DNA from: Candidatus Nanosyncoccus sp.
GTDB taxonomy: Bacteria > Patescibacteriota > Saccharimonadia > Saccharimonadales > Saccharimonadaceae
NCBI GenBank assembly: GCA_045603805.1
Contig: JAZUMU010000009.1
Span: forward strand, 6,944 to 70,943
DNA length: 64,000 nucleotides
Direction: 5' to 3'
A program made the position numbers and the translations under genes. Positions 46,739 to 55,793 of the stretch are shown in pieces (within the stretch, counting starts at the first letter, position 1; the number at the start of each line of letters is the position of its first letter). The notes below the pieces were generated by a model that made no database searches, was not told the DNA's origin, and saw only the letters and a program-made list of their open reading frames with translations.

Positions 46739-47683
46739 ATGTTCAGTACAGAATTCGGTATCGAGATTGAATTTACCGGAATTACCCGCCATAGGGCAGC
46801 GCTTGCCGCACAGGAGGTAATCGGCGGTACAGTTTCCTACATCGGCGGTTTTTACGGCACCTACCATATTACCGCACTTGACGGACGAATCTGGAAATTC
46901 ATGTTTGACGGCAGTATCATAACACAGAAACGCGAAAATGGACAAAGAGTATCTGCAAACAAGCAATACAGCGTTGAGTTGGTCAGTCCTATCGTTACCT
47001 ATCGAGAGGATATCAATCTGCTCCAAAAGCTTATACGCCATCTGCGGAAAGCAGGAGGATTCACCAACAAATCCTGCGGTATTCATATCCATCTGGATGG
47101 AGAAAAACATACACATCGCAGCCTATGGAACTTTATCAACCTTGTAGCAAGCCGTAATGATTTGTTTTATAAAGCATTAAGAATCCCTGCAGAGCGGAGA
47201 CGATACTGTAAAAAGATGGATACGCTTTTGGTAACCGCATTAAACCGTATGAAGCCAAAAACCTTTCAGGATATCGAAGAGGTGTGGTATCTCGGTTATC
47301 AGCAAGAGGTTCATCAACACTATCACGAAAGCCGTTATCATTTTCTCAATCTTCATAGTTTCTTTCACGGAAATCATACGATTGAGCTTCGCGGGTTTAA
47401 CAGTGAACTTCACGCCGGAAAGGTACGAGCGTACATTGTGTTTGCTTTGGCGATGAACCATCAGGCGTTAACGCAGCGCTTCGCTCGATATAAAAAGGTG
47501 CAGTCTGATAATGAAAAGTTTGCGATGAGGGTTTACCTTGTGCGAATCGGATTATCCGGTGCAGAGTTCAAAAACTGCCGCAAACACCTTTATGAACACT
47601 TATCCGGTAATGCTGCTTGGCGTTACGGATCAAGAGAAAACTGTAGAAGCAGGAGGAACGAATTATGTGTATCTACTACATAG
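46739..47683 (+). CDS. amidoligase family protein (glutamine-synthetase-like fold)
   Basis: FGIEIEFTGI, SVELVSPI, and CGIHIHLDG. SD is AAAGGAGG. Followed by a GGCT gene, a pairing described for this family. Confidence 0.7.
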   Translation: MFSTEFGIEIEFTGITRHRAALAAQEVIGGTVSYIGGFYGTYHITALDGRIWKFMFDGSIITQKRENGQRVSANKQYSVELVSPIVTYREDINLLQKLIRHLRKAGGFTNKSCGIHIHLDGEKHTHRSLWNFINLVASRNDLFYKALRIPAERRRYCKKMDTLLVTALNRMKPKTFQDIEEVWYLGYQQEVHQHYHESRYHFLNLHSFFHGNHTIELRGFNSELHAGKVRAYIVFALAMNHQALTQRFARYKKVQSDNEKFAMRVYLVRIGLSGAEFKNCRKHLYEHLSGNAAWRYGSRENCRSRRNELCVSTT

Positions 47684-48123
47684 CCTATGGCTCAAATCTT
47701 AATACCCGGCAGATGAAGTATCGTTGTCCCACTGCAAAGGTGATTGGTAAAACGTCTTTGGATGGCTGGAGACTTCGTTTTCGCGGAACGCCGCACAACG
47801 CTGTTGCCACCATTGAACAGGCAGAAGGTTATTCCGTGCCTGTCGGCGTTTGGAAGATCGGCAAAGAGGATGAGGCGAGCTTAGACATCTATGAGGGCTA
47901 TCCTCGTTTGTATCGCAAGGAAACCATGACTATCACTTTAGAAGATAAGCCTATTGAAGCGATGGTATATATCATGAATGAGAGTTATCCCTATAATGAT
48001 CCTTGCTATGATTATCTCTGTACGATCCGTGACGGATACACCGCTTTTGGTATGGACAAAGCTATACTGCGTGAAGCAGTCGCAGCCGCAAAGGAGGTGC
48101 AATACAATGACAGAAAAGGTTAA
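47665..48123 (+). CDS. gamma-glutamylcyclotransferase (AIG2/GGCT-like) family protein
   Basis: YIAYGSNLNTRQMKYRCP N-terminal motif, and YEGYPRLY. Confidence 0.75.
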   Translation: MCIYYIAYGSNLNTRQMKYRCPTAKVIGKTSLDGWRLRFRGTPHNAVATIEQAEGYSVPVGVWKIGKEDEASLDIYEGYPRLYRKETMTITLEDKPIEAMVYIMNESYPYNDPCYDYLCTIRDGYTAFGMDKAILREAVAAAKEVQYNDRKG

Positions 48124-48286
48124 GAACCAGATCTTTGCGATCCGCAACAGCGGTGAGACTAATATGCTGGATACCAACATGGTACAGTATATCGCTAATC
48201 GTGAGGGTTACTATGAGCTGGTCGTTTATATTGAGGAAAACCGCAGTAAATATTTTCATTTTATTATGACCGGTGAAGAGGGGTGA
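48107..48286 (+). CDS. small conserved mobile-element protein (DUF5049-like)
   Basis: AAGGAGG SD. MTEKVKNQIFAIRNSGETNMLDTNMV pattern. Confidence 0.5.
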   Translation: MTEKVKNQIFAIRNSGETNMLDTNMVQYIANREGYYELVVYIEENRSKYFHFIMTGEEG

Positions 48287-48294
48287 GATGCAGT

Positions 48295-48615
48295 ATGAGT
48301 CAACATGAAATTGCAATCACTCGTATTATCCGCAACTGGATTATCGGGACGATAGACGGATTAGAGTTTGAGGCAAAGGTTTACGATATTCCCTCAGAAT
48401 TTGGGATAGACAACGGAAAGGTCTGTAAACTCGACGTCTATCGTGATAGAGATAATGGTGAGATTGTCGCCTACGAGCGTGGCTGGGAAAAGTATCCTGC
48501 CGGAGAACAAGAAGACCTGATAGAGTCCATATTGGAATACTGTAAAAAATTGCCGTCGGCAGATGACTGGCAATTAGAAAACGGAGAAATAATCAGTAAG
48601 GAGGGATTTCAATGA
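48295..48615 (+). CDS. hypothetical protein
   Basis: SD is GAGGGGTGA. ORF MSQHEIAITR... Confidence 0.5.
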   Translation: MSQHEIAITRIIRNWIIGTIDGLEFEAKVYDIPSEFGIDNGKVCKLDVYRDRDNGEIVAYERGWEKYPAGEQEDLIESILEYCKKLPSADDWQLENGEIISKEGFQ

Positions 48616-49274
48616 TTATCCGTTATAATGTCAATGGCAAAGAAAGAAAACGACTTGCACAGGCACTTGGCAAGATTACTATGTGGGAACCGGTTTATAT
48701 TGGAGCACCTACGTTCGCTTACAGAGTACACAACTATCTTGTGGATCGTACCGGAGCGATTGAATGCCCGCCTTCTGTCGGTAAGCTGATCGTAGATCGC
48801 ATCGTGGAACTTTTGAGAGAAGAGGGCTTTGTCCCAGTATCTATTGAAGGCACTGCTCTGACAATCAGGATTCCCAAAGAAACCGTCTCTCCTGAGTCAA
48901 TCAATCGTCTTAGACAGATTATTCACAGCAAAGCCGTTTTATTTGAGCGTGCTTTCAGGACGAGTGTCATCTCTATAGAGGAATCTGACAAAGAGATCTG
49001 TTTCCCTTGGTTTACTGTATATGGAGAGGATGGTGAGTCGAAAGCCTATACTGATTTTGTTATTGCCCTTTGCGGTATGGCAGAAGCAAGAAAACGAATC
49101 ACCGCAAAACCGTATAACGGCAGTAACGACAAATTTGCTATGCGGCTATTTCTGGTACAACTCGGCATGAAGGGTGAGAAATATAAGCAGAGCCGCAAAA
49201 TCCTGCTCCGGTATCTTACCGGCAACAGCGCATGGCGAGACGGAGCACCGAACAGAGGCGAAGAAGCAAAATGA
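48612..49274 (+). CDS. hypothetical protein sharing a C-terminal module with the amidoligase
   Basis: SD is AAGGAGGG. The C-terminal KFAMRLFLVQLGMKGEKYKQSRKILLRYLTGNSAWRDG is about 50% identical to residues at 47507-47629. Confidence 0.55.
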   Translation: MIIRYNVNGKERKRLAQALGKITMWEPVYIGAPTFAYRVHNYLVDRTGAIECPPSVGKLIVDRIVELLREEGFVPVSIEGTALTIRIPKETVSPESINRLRQIIHSKAVLFERAFRTSVISIEESDKEICFPWFTVYGEDGESKAYTDFVIALCGMAEARKRITAKPYNGSNDKFAMRLFLVQLGMKGEKYKQSRKILLRYLTGNSAWRDGAPNRGEEAK

Positions 49275-49501
49275 AACCTTTACCAAAGAGAGAAACTATC
49301 ACCTGCCTACGCGAGCGCTTTCCCAAAGGGACCCGCGTCGAGCTGATTTCGATGGATGATCCGTATAGCAAGCTCAAGCCCGGTGATCGCGGGACTGTAG
49401 AATTCGTAGACGACATTGGAACTATACATATAAGCTGGGACTGTGGAAGCGGTCTGGGCGTTGTGTATGGTGAAGATAGAATCCGAATTGTCTCACAGTA
49501 G
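49271..49501 (+). CDS. DUF4314-like small protein
   Basis: ATGA overlap. GTRVELISMDDPYSKLKPGDRGTVEFVDDIGTIHISWDCGSGLGVV motif. Confidence 0.6.
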   Translation: MKPLPKRETITCLRERFPKGTRVELISMDDPYSKLKPGDRGTVEFVDDIGTIHISWDCGSGLGVVYGEDRIRIVSQ

Positions 49502-49552
49502 TACATTCAGATTCCCCAGCTCGAAAGGGCTGGGGATTACCAAAACAAAACT

Positions 49553-49861
49553 ATGGAAAGGAATGATATGATGACAGCTGAACAATTAGAGGTTATTGCT
49601 GTTTTGCGTAGCTTGAATTATCCCTACAGCTTTATTGCTAATGAGCTGAAGCTGTCTATAAATACGGTTAAGTCCATCTGCCGCAGGAAGGGCTACAAAG
49701 CCTTTGGCAGTCGCAAAACTAAAAGTGAAAAAGCGATGCCGCCAATCTGTAAATGTTGCCACATGCCACTCCCTGAAGGTATGAGAAGCGACGCAAAGTT
49801 TTGCTCTCCCTATTGCCGTGCCAAATGGCGCAGACAGAATTTCAGAATCGTTGAAAAATAG
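49553..49861 (+). CDS. small HTH (sigma region-4-like) protein with a C-terminal Cys cluster
   Basis: YSFIANELKLSINTVKSICRRKG, then CKCCH...CSPYC. Confidence 0.5.
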   Translation: MERNDMMTAEQLEVIAVLRSLNYPYSFIANELKLSINTVKSICRRKGYKAFGSRKTKSEKAMPPICKCCHMPLPEGMRSDAKFCSPYCRAKWRRQNFRIVEK

Positions 49862-49918
49862 ACTTGACATTCTTCCCCAACAGAGGGTGAATGTGTGCTG
49901 TGATAGGAGGCAGTATCA

Positions 49919-51262
49919 ATGAAAATAACTGAAATACCAGCAAACCCACAAGGAGAAAAAAGTATTCGCGTAGCGGCTTATGCCCGTGTATCAACAGATA
50001 AGGATGCCGCTTTTCATTCATTAGAGGCTCAACAGGCTTATTATGAGGAATATATCAGAAAACATCCAAACTGGACGCTCGTAGATATATACTCGGATAA
50101 CGGTATCTCAGGAACTATCATTAGCCGCCCTGAGTTTCAGCGCATGTTAGAGGATTGCCGCAACGGAAAGGTAGATTTAGTCATCACTAAATCCATTACC
50201 CGTTTTGCTCGTAACACGGTTATCCTGTTAGAAACGATCCGCGAGTTAAAAACTCTCGGTGTTGATGTGCTTTTTGAAAAAGAGAATATGCACAGTATCA
50301 GTCCGGATGGTGAACTGCTTCTGACTCTCCTAGCTATGTACGCCGAGGAGGAGGCACGTTCTGCCAGCGAAAACCAAAAATGGCGTATCCGTAAGAGATT
50401 TGAAAATGGTGAGCCGTGGTACGGTAAAATGCTGGGGTACCGGCTAATAGACGGGAAGTTGATTGTTGTCCCAGAGGAGGCGGATATTGTAAGAATGATT
50501 TTTAATGATTATATTTCCGGGATGGGGCTGCAGGCAATAGCAAAAAAGCTTAACGCTATGGGTATTCCCGCTAGGCATTCAGATTATTGGCGACCGAATA
50601 CTATCAGCAAAATTTTACACAATGAGAAATACACTGGCAATTTACTGCTCCAAAAAACGTATCGCTCAGATTTTCGGACAAAAAGAAAATTGATAAATAA
50701 AGGTGAATTAAGGAGATACTTCGTTGAGAATAGTCATGAAGCTATTATTGAAAGCGAAACCTTTAATGCTGTCCAAGAAGAGATGAAGCGGCGTTACTTT
50801 ATGTTTTTTTCAACTCAACAAAACAGTGGACGAACACCTCTATTTAAGGGGATTATTCACTGCGGGCTATGTTACACTCCATATCGGAAACGAACGGCAA
50901 ATTCTAGCAGTAATCCTAAAACTATGTGGATATGCGGAAAGTATTTTATTTTTGGAAAATCTGCTTGTCCTTCGCAACAAGTACCGGAAGATGTTTTAAT
51001 CGAAAAGACTAAAGAAATACTGAGCATAAACGTATTAAGCAGAGAAACTATCATCGAAAAAATCGCAGAGATAGAGGTAACCGGTCGTTTTCATTTGAGA
51101 TATGCTCTCAAAGATGGTTCCGTTCACTATGTGACATGGCAGCATAAATCTCGAAAGGAAAGTTGGACTGACGAAATGAAAGAAGCAGCGCGACAAAGGG
51201 CATTGCGACACAATGCGGAAAGGAGGAAAAATGAGCAAGGACATGAAGATTACCGTCATTGA
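49919..51262 (+). CDS. large serine recombinase 1
   Basis: N-terminal resolvase domain (AAYARVSTDKD, ITKSITRFARN), a recombinase domain and a Cys-rich zinc-ribbon region. Confidence 0.85.
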   Translation: MKITEIPANPQGEKSIRVAAYARVSTDKDAAFHSLEAQQAYYEEYIRKHPNWTLVDIYSDNGISGTIISRPEFQRMLEDCRNGKVDLVITKSITRFARNTVILLETIRELKTLGVDVLFEKENMHSISPDGELLLTLLAMYAEEEARSASENQKWRIRKRFENGEPWYGKMLGYRLIDGKLIVVPEEADIVRMIFNDYISGMGLQAIAKKLNAMGIPARHSDYWRPNTISKILHNEKYTGNLLLQKTYRSDFRTKRKLINKGELRRYFVENSHEAIIESETFNAVQEEMKRRYFMFFSTQQNSGRTPLFKGIIHCGLCYTPYRKRTANSSSNPKTMWICGKYFIFGKSACPSQQVPEDVLIEKTKEILSINVLSRETIIEKIAEIEVTGRFHLRYALKDGSVHYVTWQHKSRKESWTDEMKEAARQRALRHNAERRKNEQGHEDYRH

Positions 51263-52517
51263 GTCTACAAAGCAATTTATTGAAAAAGAGGATAATCAAC
51301 CAACTCATAAGTTGCGGGTTTCCGCTTATGCACGCGTTTCTACTGAACAGGATGAACAGCAATCCAGCTATGAGGCACAGGTGAATTACTACACAGCATA
51401 TATCCAAAATAATCCGGATTGGGAATTTGTAGGTATATTCGCTGACGAAGGCATTACCGGTACCAACACTAAAAAGCGTGATGGATTTAACAAAATGATT
51501 AGCAAAGCAATGAACGGCGAGATAGACTTGATTCTCACAAAATCCATATCCCGATTTGCGCGTAATACCGTAGATACTCTTCAGATTGTCCGTGAGCTAA
51601 AGGCTGTAGGTGTAGAAGTATGGTTCGAAAAAGAAAATCTCCATACCTTTGATCCCAAATGCGAGGTAATGCTGACAATAATGGCTTCTCTCGCACAGGA
51701 AGAGAGCCGTTCTATCAGTGAGAATGTTCGATGGGGCAAGCAACGCAGTATGCAGAAAGGAAATGTATATATGGCGTATTCTCGGTTCCTGGGGTACCGC
51801 AAAGGTGCAGATGGTCGTCCTGAGATAGTACCGGATGAAGCGAAGATTGTTCGTTCAATATATCAAATGTTTTTAGATGGTAATACTATCCGACATATAG
51901 CCGACCATCTGACAAAGCAGGAGATTCCCACACCATCCGGCAAAAGTAAATGGAGTGTTAGTACAGTGAGAAGTATCCTATCCAATGAGAAGTATAAAGG
52001 TGATGCTTTACTTCAAAAATCATATACGGTTGACTACCTTACAAAAGAAGTGCGTAAAAACAACGGGGAGGTAAAACAATACCTTATACAAAACTCTCAC
52101 GAACCTATTATTGAGCCGGATGTATTTGACGCGGTACAAAAGGAGCTATCCAAGAGAAATACATATCGCGCCAAAAAGCGTGATAATAGTCCTTTTTCTA
52201 ATAAGTTAGTCTGTGGCGACTGCGGCAGCTTTTATGGTCACAAAGTGTGGCATAATCACGCTAATACCGAAAGAAATGATGTTTGGTACTGTAATCATAA
52301 GTATTCAAACGCTGAGAAATGTCAGACTCCAGTACTGCAAGAAGACGACATTAAACAGGCTTTTGAAGAGTTATTGAAAAAGATAGGGTGTGAAGACGCA
52401 TCTTACTCCGATAAATCATGGCAAAAAACAGTTGATTTTCTTGAAATCTTCAAAGACTCACGTTTGCTATTTCATCTAACTGATGGAAGAATGGTAGAAA
52501 TTATGTTGCCAAAATAG
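51231..52517 (+). CDS. large serine recombinase 2
   Basis: SAYARVSTEQDEQ, LTKSISRFARNTVD, and CGDCGS...CNHKY. SD is AAGGAGG. Overlaps recombinase 1 by 32 nt. Confidence 0.85.
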   Translation: MSKDMKITVIESTKQFIEKEDNQPTHKLRVSAYARVSTEQDEQQSSYEAQVNYYTAYIQNNPDWEFVGIFADEGITGTNTKKRDGFNKMISKAMNGEIDLILTKSISRFARNTVDTLQIVRELKAVGVEVWFEKENLHTFDPKCEVMLTIMASLAQEESRSISENVRWGKQRSMQKGNVYMAYSRFLGYRKGADGRPEIVPDEAKIVRSIYQMFLDGNTIRHIADHLTKQEIPTPSGKSKWSVSTVRSILSNEKYKGDALLQKSYTVDYLTKEVRKNNGEVKQYLIQNSHEPIIEPDVFDAVQKELSKRNTYRAKKRDNSPFSNKLVCGDCGSFYGHKVWHNHANTERNDVWYCNHKYSNAEKCQTPVLQEDDIKQAFEELLKKIGCEDASYSDKSWQKTVDFLEIFKDSRLLFHLTDGRMVEIMLPK

Positions 52518-52540
52518 TCTTGTACATTATGAAAACCTAA

Positions 52541-52566
52541 AGCGTCGCAAAATGCGGCGCTTTTTC
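52541..52566 (+). terminator. rho-independent terminator
   Basis: AGCGTCGC-AAAAT-GCGGCGCT (one G-U pair) followed by TTTT. Confidence 0.55.
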
Positions 52567-52741
52567 AATGCGATATTAAAGCTAAGTTATGCGTGTCAGA
52601 ACTGGTGCACCTTTATTAATTTACTCACTAAATGAACAAAAGCACTCTGTATATTGGTGCACTCATCGGCGTTGAAATGGATTATGACTCTATACATAAA
52701 AAGAAAACCCCCGATAAATCAGGGATTTTCCTTACGTCGCC

Positions 52742-52759
52742 CGTACTCCAAGGTGACGT
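52742..52759. repeat. right terminal inverted repeat (putative P arm)
   Basis: CGTACTCCAAGGTGACGT, followed by CTTAATG-TG and the tRNA 3' end. Confidence 0.8.
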
Positions 52760-52766
52760 CTTAATG

Positions 52767-52841
52767 TGGCTGGGGTGGTAGGACTCGAACCCACGAATGG
52801 CGGGACCAGAACCCGCTGCCTTACCACTTGGCGACACCCCA
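52767..52841 (-). tRNA. tRNA-Gln (anticodon CTG), CCA end encoded
   Basis: The reverse complement folds by hand. Acceptor TGGGGTG/CACCCCA, anticodon stem GCGGG/CCCGC with loop TTCTGGT, T loop TTCGAGT. Confidence 0.9.
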
Positions 52842-52893
52842 AGCTTTTTATATTTTACCATAAATAGCTATAAAATGCTATAATTGTTTTACA

Positions 52894-53856
52894 ATGGCAA
52901 AAAAGAAAAACGAATTCACGAAAAGAGAGCTTGAGACGCTAACGGCGAAAGAAATAATAGAGAAGATACAGCGTGAGGATTATTCGCTTCTTAATTCTTT
53001 GGGGGCTGAAAATTTAAGAAAAGAGATGGTGCCGGTTGGAAAAGTTTGCGATGCGGCTCTAAAATATCTTTTTAACACAACTGGACCTAAATATGATTCG
53101 ATAAAACATAATAAAGCGGCTAGACAAAAACTAGTAAAATTATTATCCAAAGTAGCTCCCGGAACCTATGAAGGGATGCCAAAAGATAGTAAAAACGGAC
53201 TCGTAATTGGTTTTAACCACCCTTCGCTGGGAGAAATACTACGTATTTTAACCATGAAAGTCGATATTATGGGAGAAAAACCGATGTATTTTCCAGTTAA
53301 TTTACCTTGGTACGAGTCTCTGGCGCCAAATTTTAATAAAATTAAAAATCTAGGTATCATTATTACTCCGACAATCACGCCGGCTACTTGGAAAAAAATG
53401 GAGTTAAAGGAAGGTACTAAGCTATACGAAGCCGGAAATAGATTAAAACATGATTTTCGCAATATCTATACGAATCTTTCGCATGATGCGATGAAAAATG
53501 GCGGTGTAATTTTCGTGGCACCTAGCGCTACGCGCCAAGCTACTGTGTTTAAAAATGAAGAGGTCTACAAAAAAGAGGAACTAATTATTCCAACAATGTC
53601 GATGCTGGCGCTGAAACTATACTCTGATCCAGAAATTAAATGTGACTTCTTGCCAATGGCCGTATTGCCACCAAAAGGTTATAAGCGTGGGTTAAATTTT
53701 CGTAAAAAGTACCGCTTAATACCAGGTGATATTATGACTGCTGAAGAAATTCGCAAGAAATATTTTAAAACTAAAAATCCAGAGCGACTGGACGGATTTG
53801 ATTGGGATTTTCATAAACGAATCGCGGATAAGCTGCCAAAGAATTTTTGGTATTAG
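52894..53856 (+). CDS. PlsC-like acyltransferase family protein (weak call)
   Basis: GFNHPSLGE (NHxxxxD/E-like block I) and VIFVAPSATRQ (FPEGTR-like block III). Confidence 0.45.
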   Translation: MAKKKNEFTKRELETLTAKEIIEKIQREDYSLLNSLGAENLRKEMVPVGKVCDAALKYLFNTTGPKYDSIKHNKAARQKLVKLLSKVAPGTYEGMPKDSKNGLVIGFNHPSLGEILRILTMKVDIMGEKPMYFPVNLPWYESLAPNFNKIKNLGIIITPTITPATWKKMELKEGTKLYEAGNRLKHDFRNIYTNLSHDAMKNGGVIFVAPSATRQATVFKNEEVYKKEELIIPTMSMLALKLYSDPEIKCDFLPMAVLPPKGYKRGLNFRKKYRLIPGDIMTAEEIRKKYFKTKNPERLDGFDWDFHKRIADKLPKNFWY

Positions 53857-53919
53857 CTTTCGGAACTTTAATACGCGCTAGCTTAATTTTTGTTTTGTGC
53901 TAAAATAAGAGTAAGTATT

Positions 53920-55662
53920 ATGGAAGAAAACGAGTTTTTTTACCATCCCTTAGAGAATATTGAAGATGTAGAGCTTTTTTATGAAGCAACTGAGCGTACG
54001 CATTTAACTAAAGCGCTATCATCGGAGCGACCTTATACGTACTGGACCCTAGAGCTTTATGACCAAAAAAATGGAATCCGAGGAGGCGGGGGGTTAGGAG
54101 TTTTAGCCGCCGACACGAGACGGGTGGCAGAGAAAATGGGTGTACCATTCGTCCTTATCACACCGTTCTATCCTTATGAGTACCGCCAGTCTATTGAAAA
54201 TAATAGAATAGTAGAAACGCATTCTAGTGTTGACTACAAAAATTTTGGATTTCATTTTGTCGACTCGCTAAATATTAGGTGCTGTGATACTTTATGCAAA
54301 TTAGAGATTATTGAAAAAAAATTTAAAACTACGCGCATCGTTTCGATTACCGAACCGAATTTTGGGGAGCTGTATTCCGGTCTGAGCGGATCGGACCATC
54401 GCTTGTACCAAGAAGTCGCTTTAGGATTTGGAGGTTATGCGGCTCTAAAGCTACTCGGAATTAAGCCTGCAATTATGCAATTGAATGAGGTCGCAACTTT
54501 TTTCGCAGCGCTCGCAAGACTAGACGAGCTAGTGCGAAATGGAATGGACTTTTACGAAGCAGTCGTCTATACAAGAAAGCATACTTTATACACTAATCAT
54601 ACCCTCGTACAGGCAGCTGAAGCTGAGTTTTCTTATGGGCAGTTTGAACAATTTGTCTTTCCGAACATTAAATCTTCGGCAGTAAAAAAATGGATATCAG
54701 ATAAATTCACGAATGGTTATATAAAATTATCTTCTGTAACTATTGAGATAGCGGAACTAAAAAGCGGGGTTTCGAAATTGCATGCTAGAGTTGCTAACTA
54801 CCGTGATATAGCAGGGAATAAGGTCAAATTTAAGGCTATTACTAATGGCATTGACATGGATACTTGGGTACTACCCGAAATAATGGATTATTACCACCAA
54901 TTTGGTATTTTAGACCGTAATAATATTCCGACGCCTGATTACGCTGAAAAAATCAGCGGTTTAGATTCGGGAGAAATTAGAGAATTCAAGAAATCCGGAA
55001 GGAAAGTGCTTAATAAAATCCTCGAAAAATACTCAGACCATAACGGAAAGAAAATTAGATTTAGTGACGAAGATTTTATCTTTTGTTTTAAACGCAGATT
55101 CGTTGACTATAAACGGCCGGAATTACCATTTCGGGATTCTGTGAGACTAAGTAATATCCTAAAAAGTCGGGATGCGCATTATATTATTGCTGGAAGAGTT
55201 CACTCGGGGGACGAGGTGATGAGCAGAAAACTTCGCGATTTGTTAGAGCTAGTCAGGGGCGATGAATATTTAAAAGACCATGTGCATTATATCCCAGATT
55301 ATAATGAAGAGTTGGCGTATGGTCTCTCGGTCGGGTCAAATGCATCTATAAATATTCCAATCGTGGGGCTAGAGGCTTGTGGGACTTCATGGATGAAAGA
55401 TGTAGCGAATCTAGATTTCTTAATATCTACACACGATGGAGGTGTAGCAGACGCTTCTTCTGATTCATATTTTAATGTTTCTGGAGCGAACGAAGAAGAA
55501 GAACTAGATATGTTATACCAGAGAATGGAAGAGGTTCTCGCCGCGAACGATAATGATTTTGACTTAGAATACAGTTTACAACAGCAACTAAAGGCGTATT
55601 TTCCTATTATTTCGGGAGGGAGAATGCTAAAAGATTATCTTGATTATTTATTCCCGAAATAA
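53920..55662 (+). CDS. alpha-glucan (glycogen/maltodextrin) phosphorylase, GT35 short type
   Basis: GGGGLGVLAADTRRVAEKMGVPFVLITPFY, TNHTLVQAAE, and ITNGID. Confidence 0.75.
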   Translation: MEENEFFYHPLENIEDVELFYEATERTHLTKALSSERPYTYWTLELYDQKNGIRGGGGLGVLAADTRRVAEKMGVPFVLITPFYPYEYRQSIENNRIVETHSSVDYKNFGFHFVDSLNIRCCDTLCKLEIIEKKFKTTRIVSITEPNFGELYSGLSGSDHRLYQEVALGFGGYAALKLLGIKPAIMQLNEVATFFAALARLDELVRNGMDFYEAVVYTRKHTLYTNHTLVQAAEAEFSYGQFEQFVFPNIKSSAVKKWISDKFTNGYIKLSSVTIEIAELKSGVSKLHARVANYRDIAGNKVKFKAITNGIDMDTWVLPEIMDYYHQFGILDRNNIPTPDYAEKISGLDSGEIREFKKSGRKVLNKILEKYSDHNGKKIRFSDEDFIFCFKRRFVDYKRPELPFRDSVRLSNILKSRDAHYIIAGRVHSGDEVMSRKLRDLLELVRGDEYLKDHVHYIPDYNEELAYGLSVGSNASINIPIVGLEACGTSWMKDVANLDFLISTHDGGVADASSDSYFNVSGANEEEELDMLYQRMEEVLAANDNDFDLEYSLQQQLKAYFPIISGGRMLKDYLDYLFPK

Positions 55663-55793
55663 TAAATTTACGAAGGCGAATAATTTGCTTTGTGGATCTA
55701 AATTATAGGCTGAATACCGATTCTTGTTCTGTCTGTGATATAATATAGCTGACCGCAGAATCATCAATAATCCTGTGGCAGCAAGTTAATAGA

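Larger units (their letters stand above)
29418..52768. mobile_element. integrated mobile element of about 23.3 kb in the 3' end of tRNA-Gln (IME/ICE-like, serine-integrase type)
   Basis: A TG core at both ends. An 18-bp terminal inverted repeat lies 7 nt inside each core. Carries recombinases, a translocase and a relaxase-like gene. Strong AGGAGG SDs, and composition differs from the flanks. Confidence 0.75.

Noticed and set aside
46661-47116. A 151-aa minus-strand ORF opposite the amidoligase gene. Similar antisense ORFs occur at 60809-61291, 61828-62211, 62818-63174 and 63601-63987.
   Set aside because: Each is antisense to a gene with recognisable motifs or clear start signals. None has its own SD or promoter.
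52567-52741. The GGTGCACC/TTGGTGCAC motifs near the right end, with TGCACCAAT near the left end (29474-29482), considered as extra recombinase binding sites.
   Set aside because: They are only 8-9 bp long and lie at unequal distances from the two cores (about 30 versus 85 nt). That is too short to distinguish from chance without statistics.
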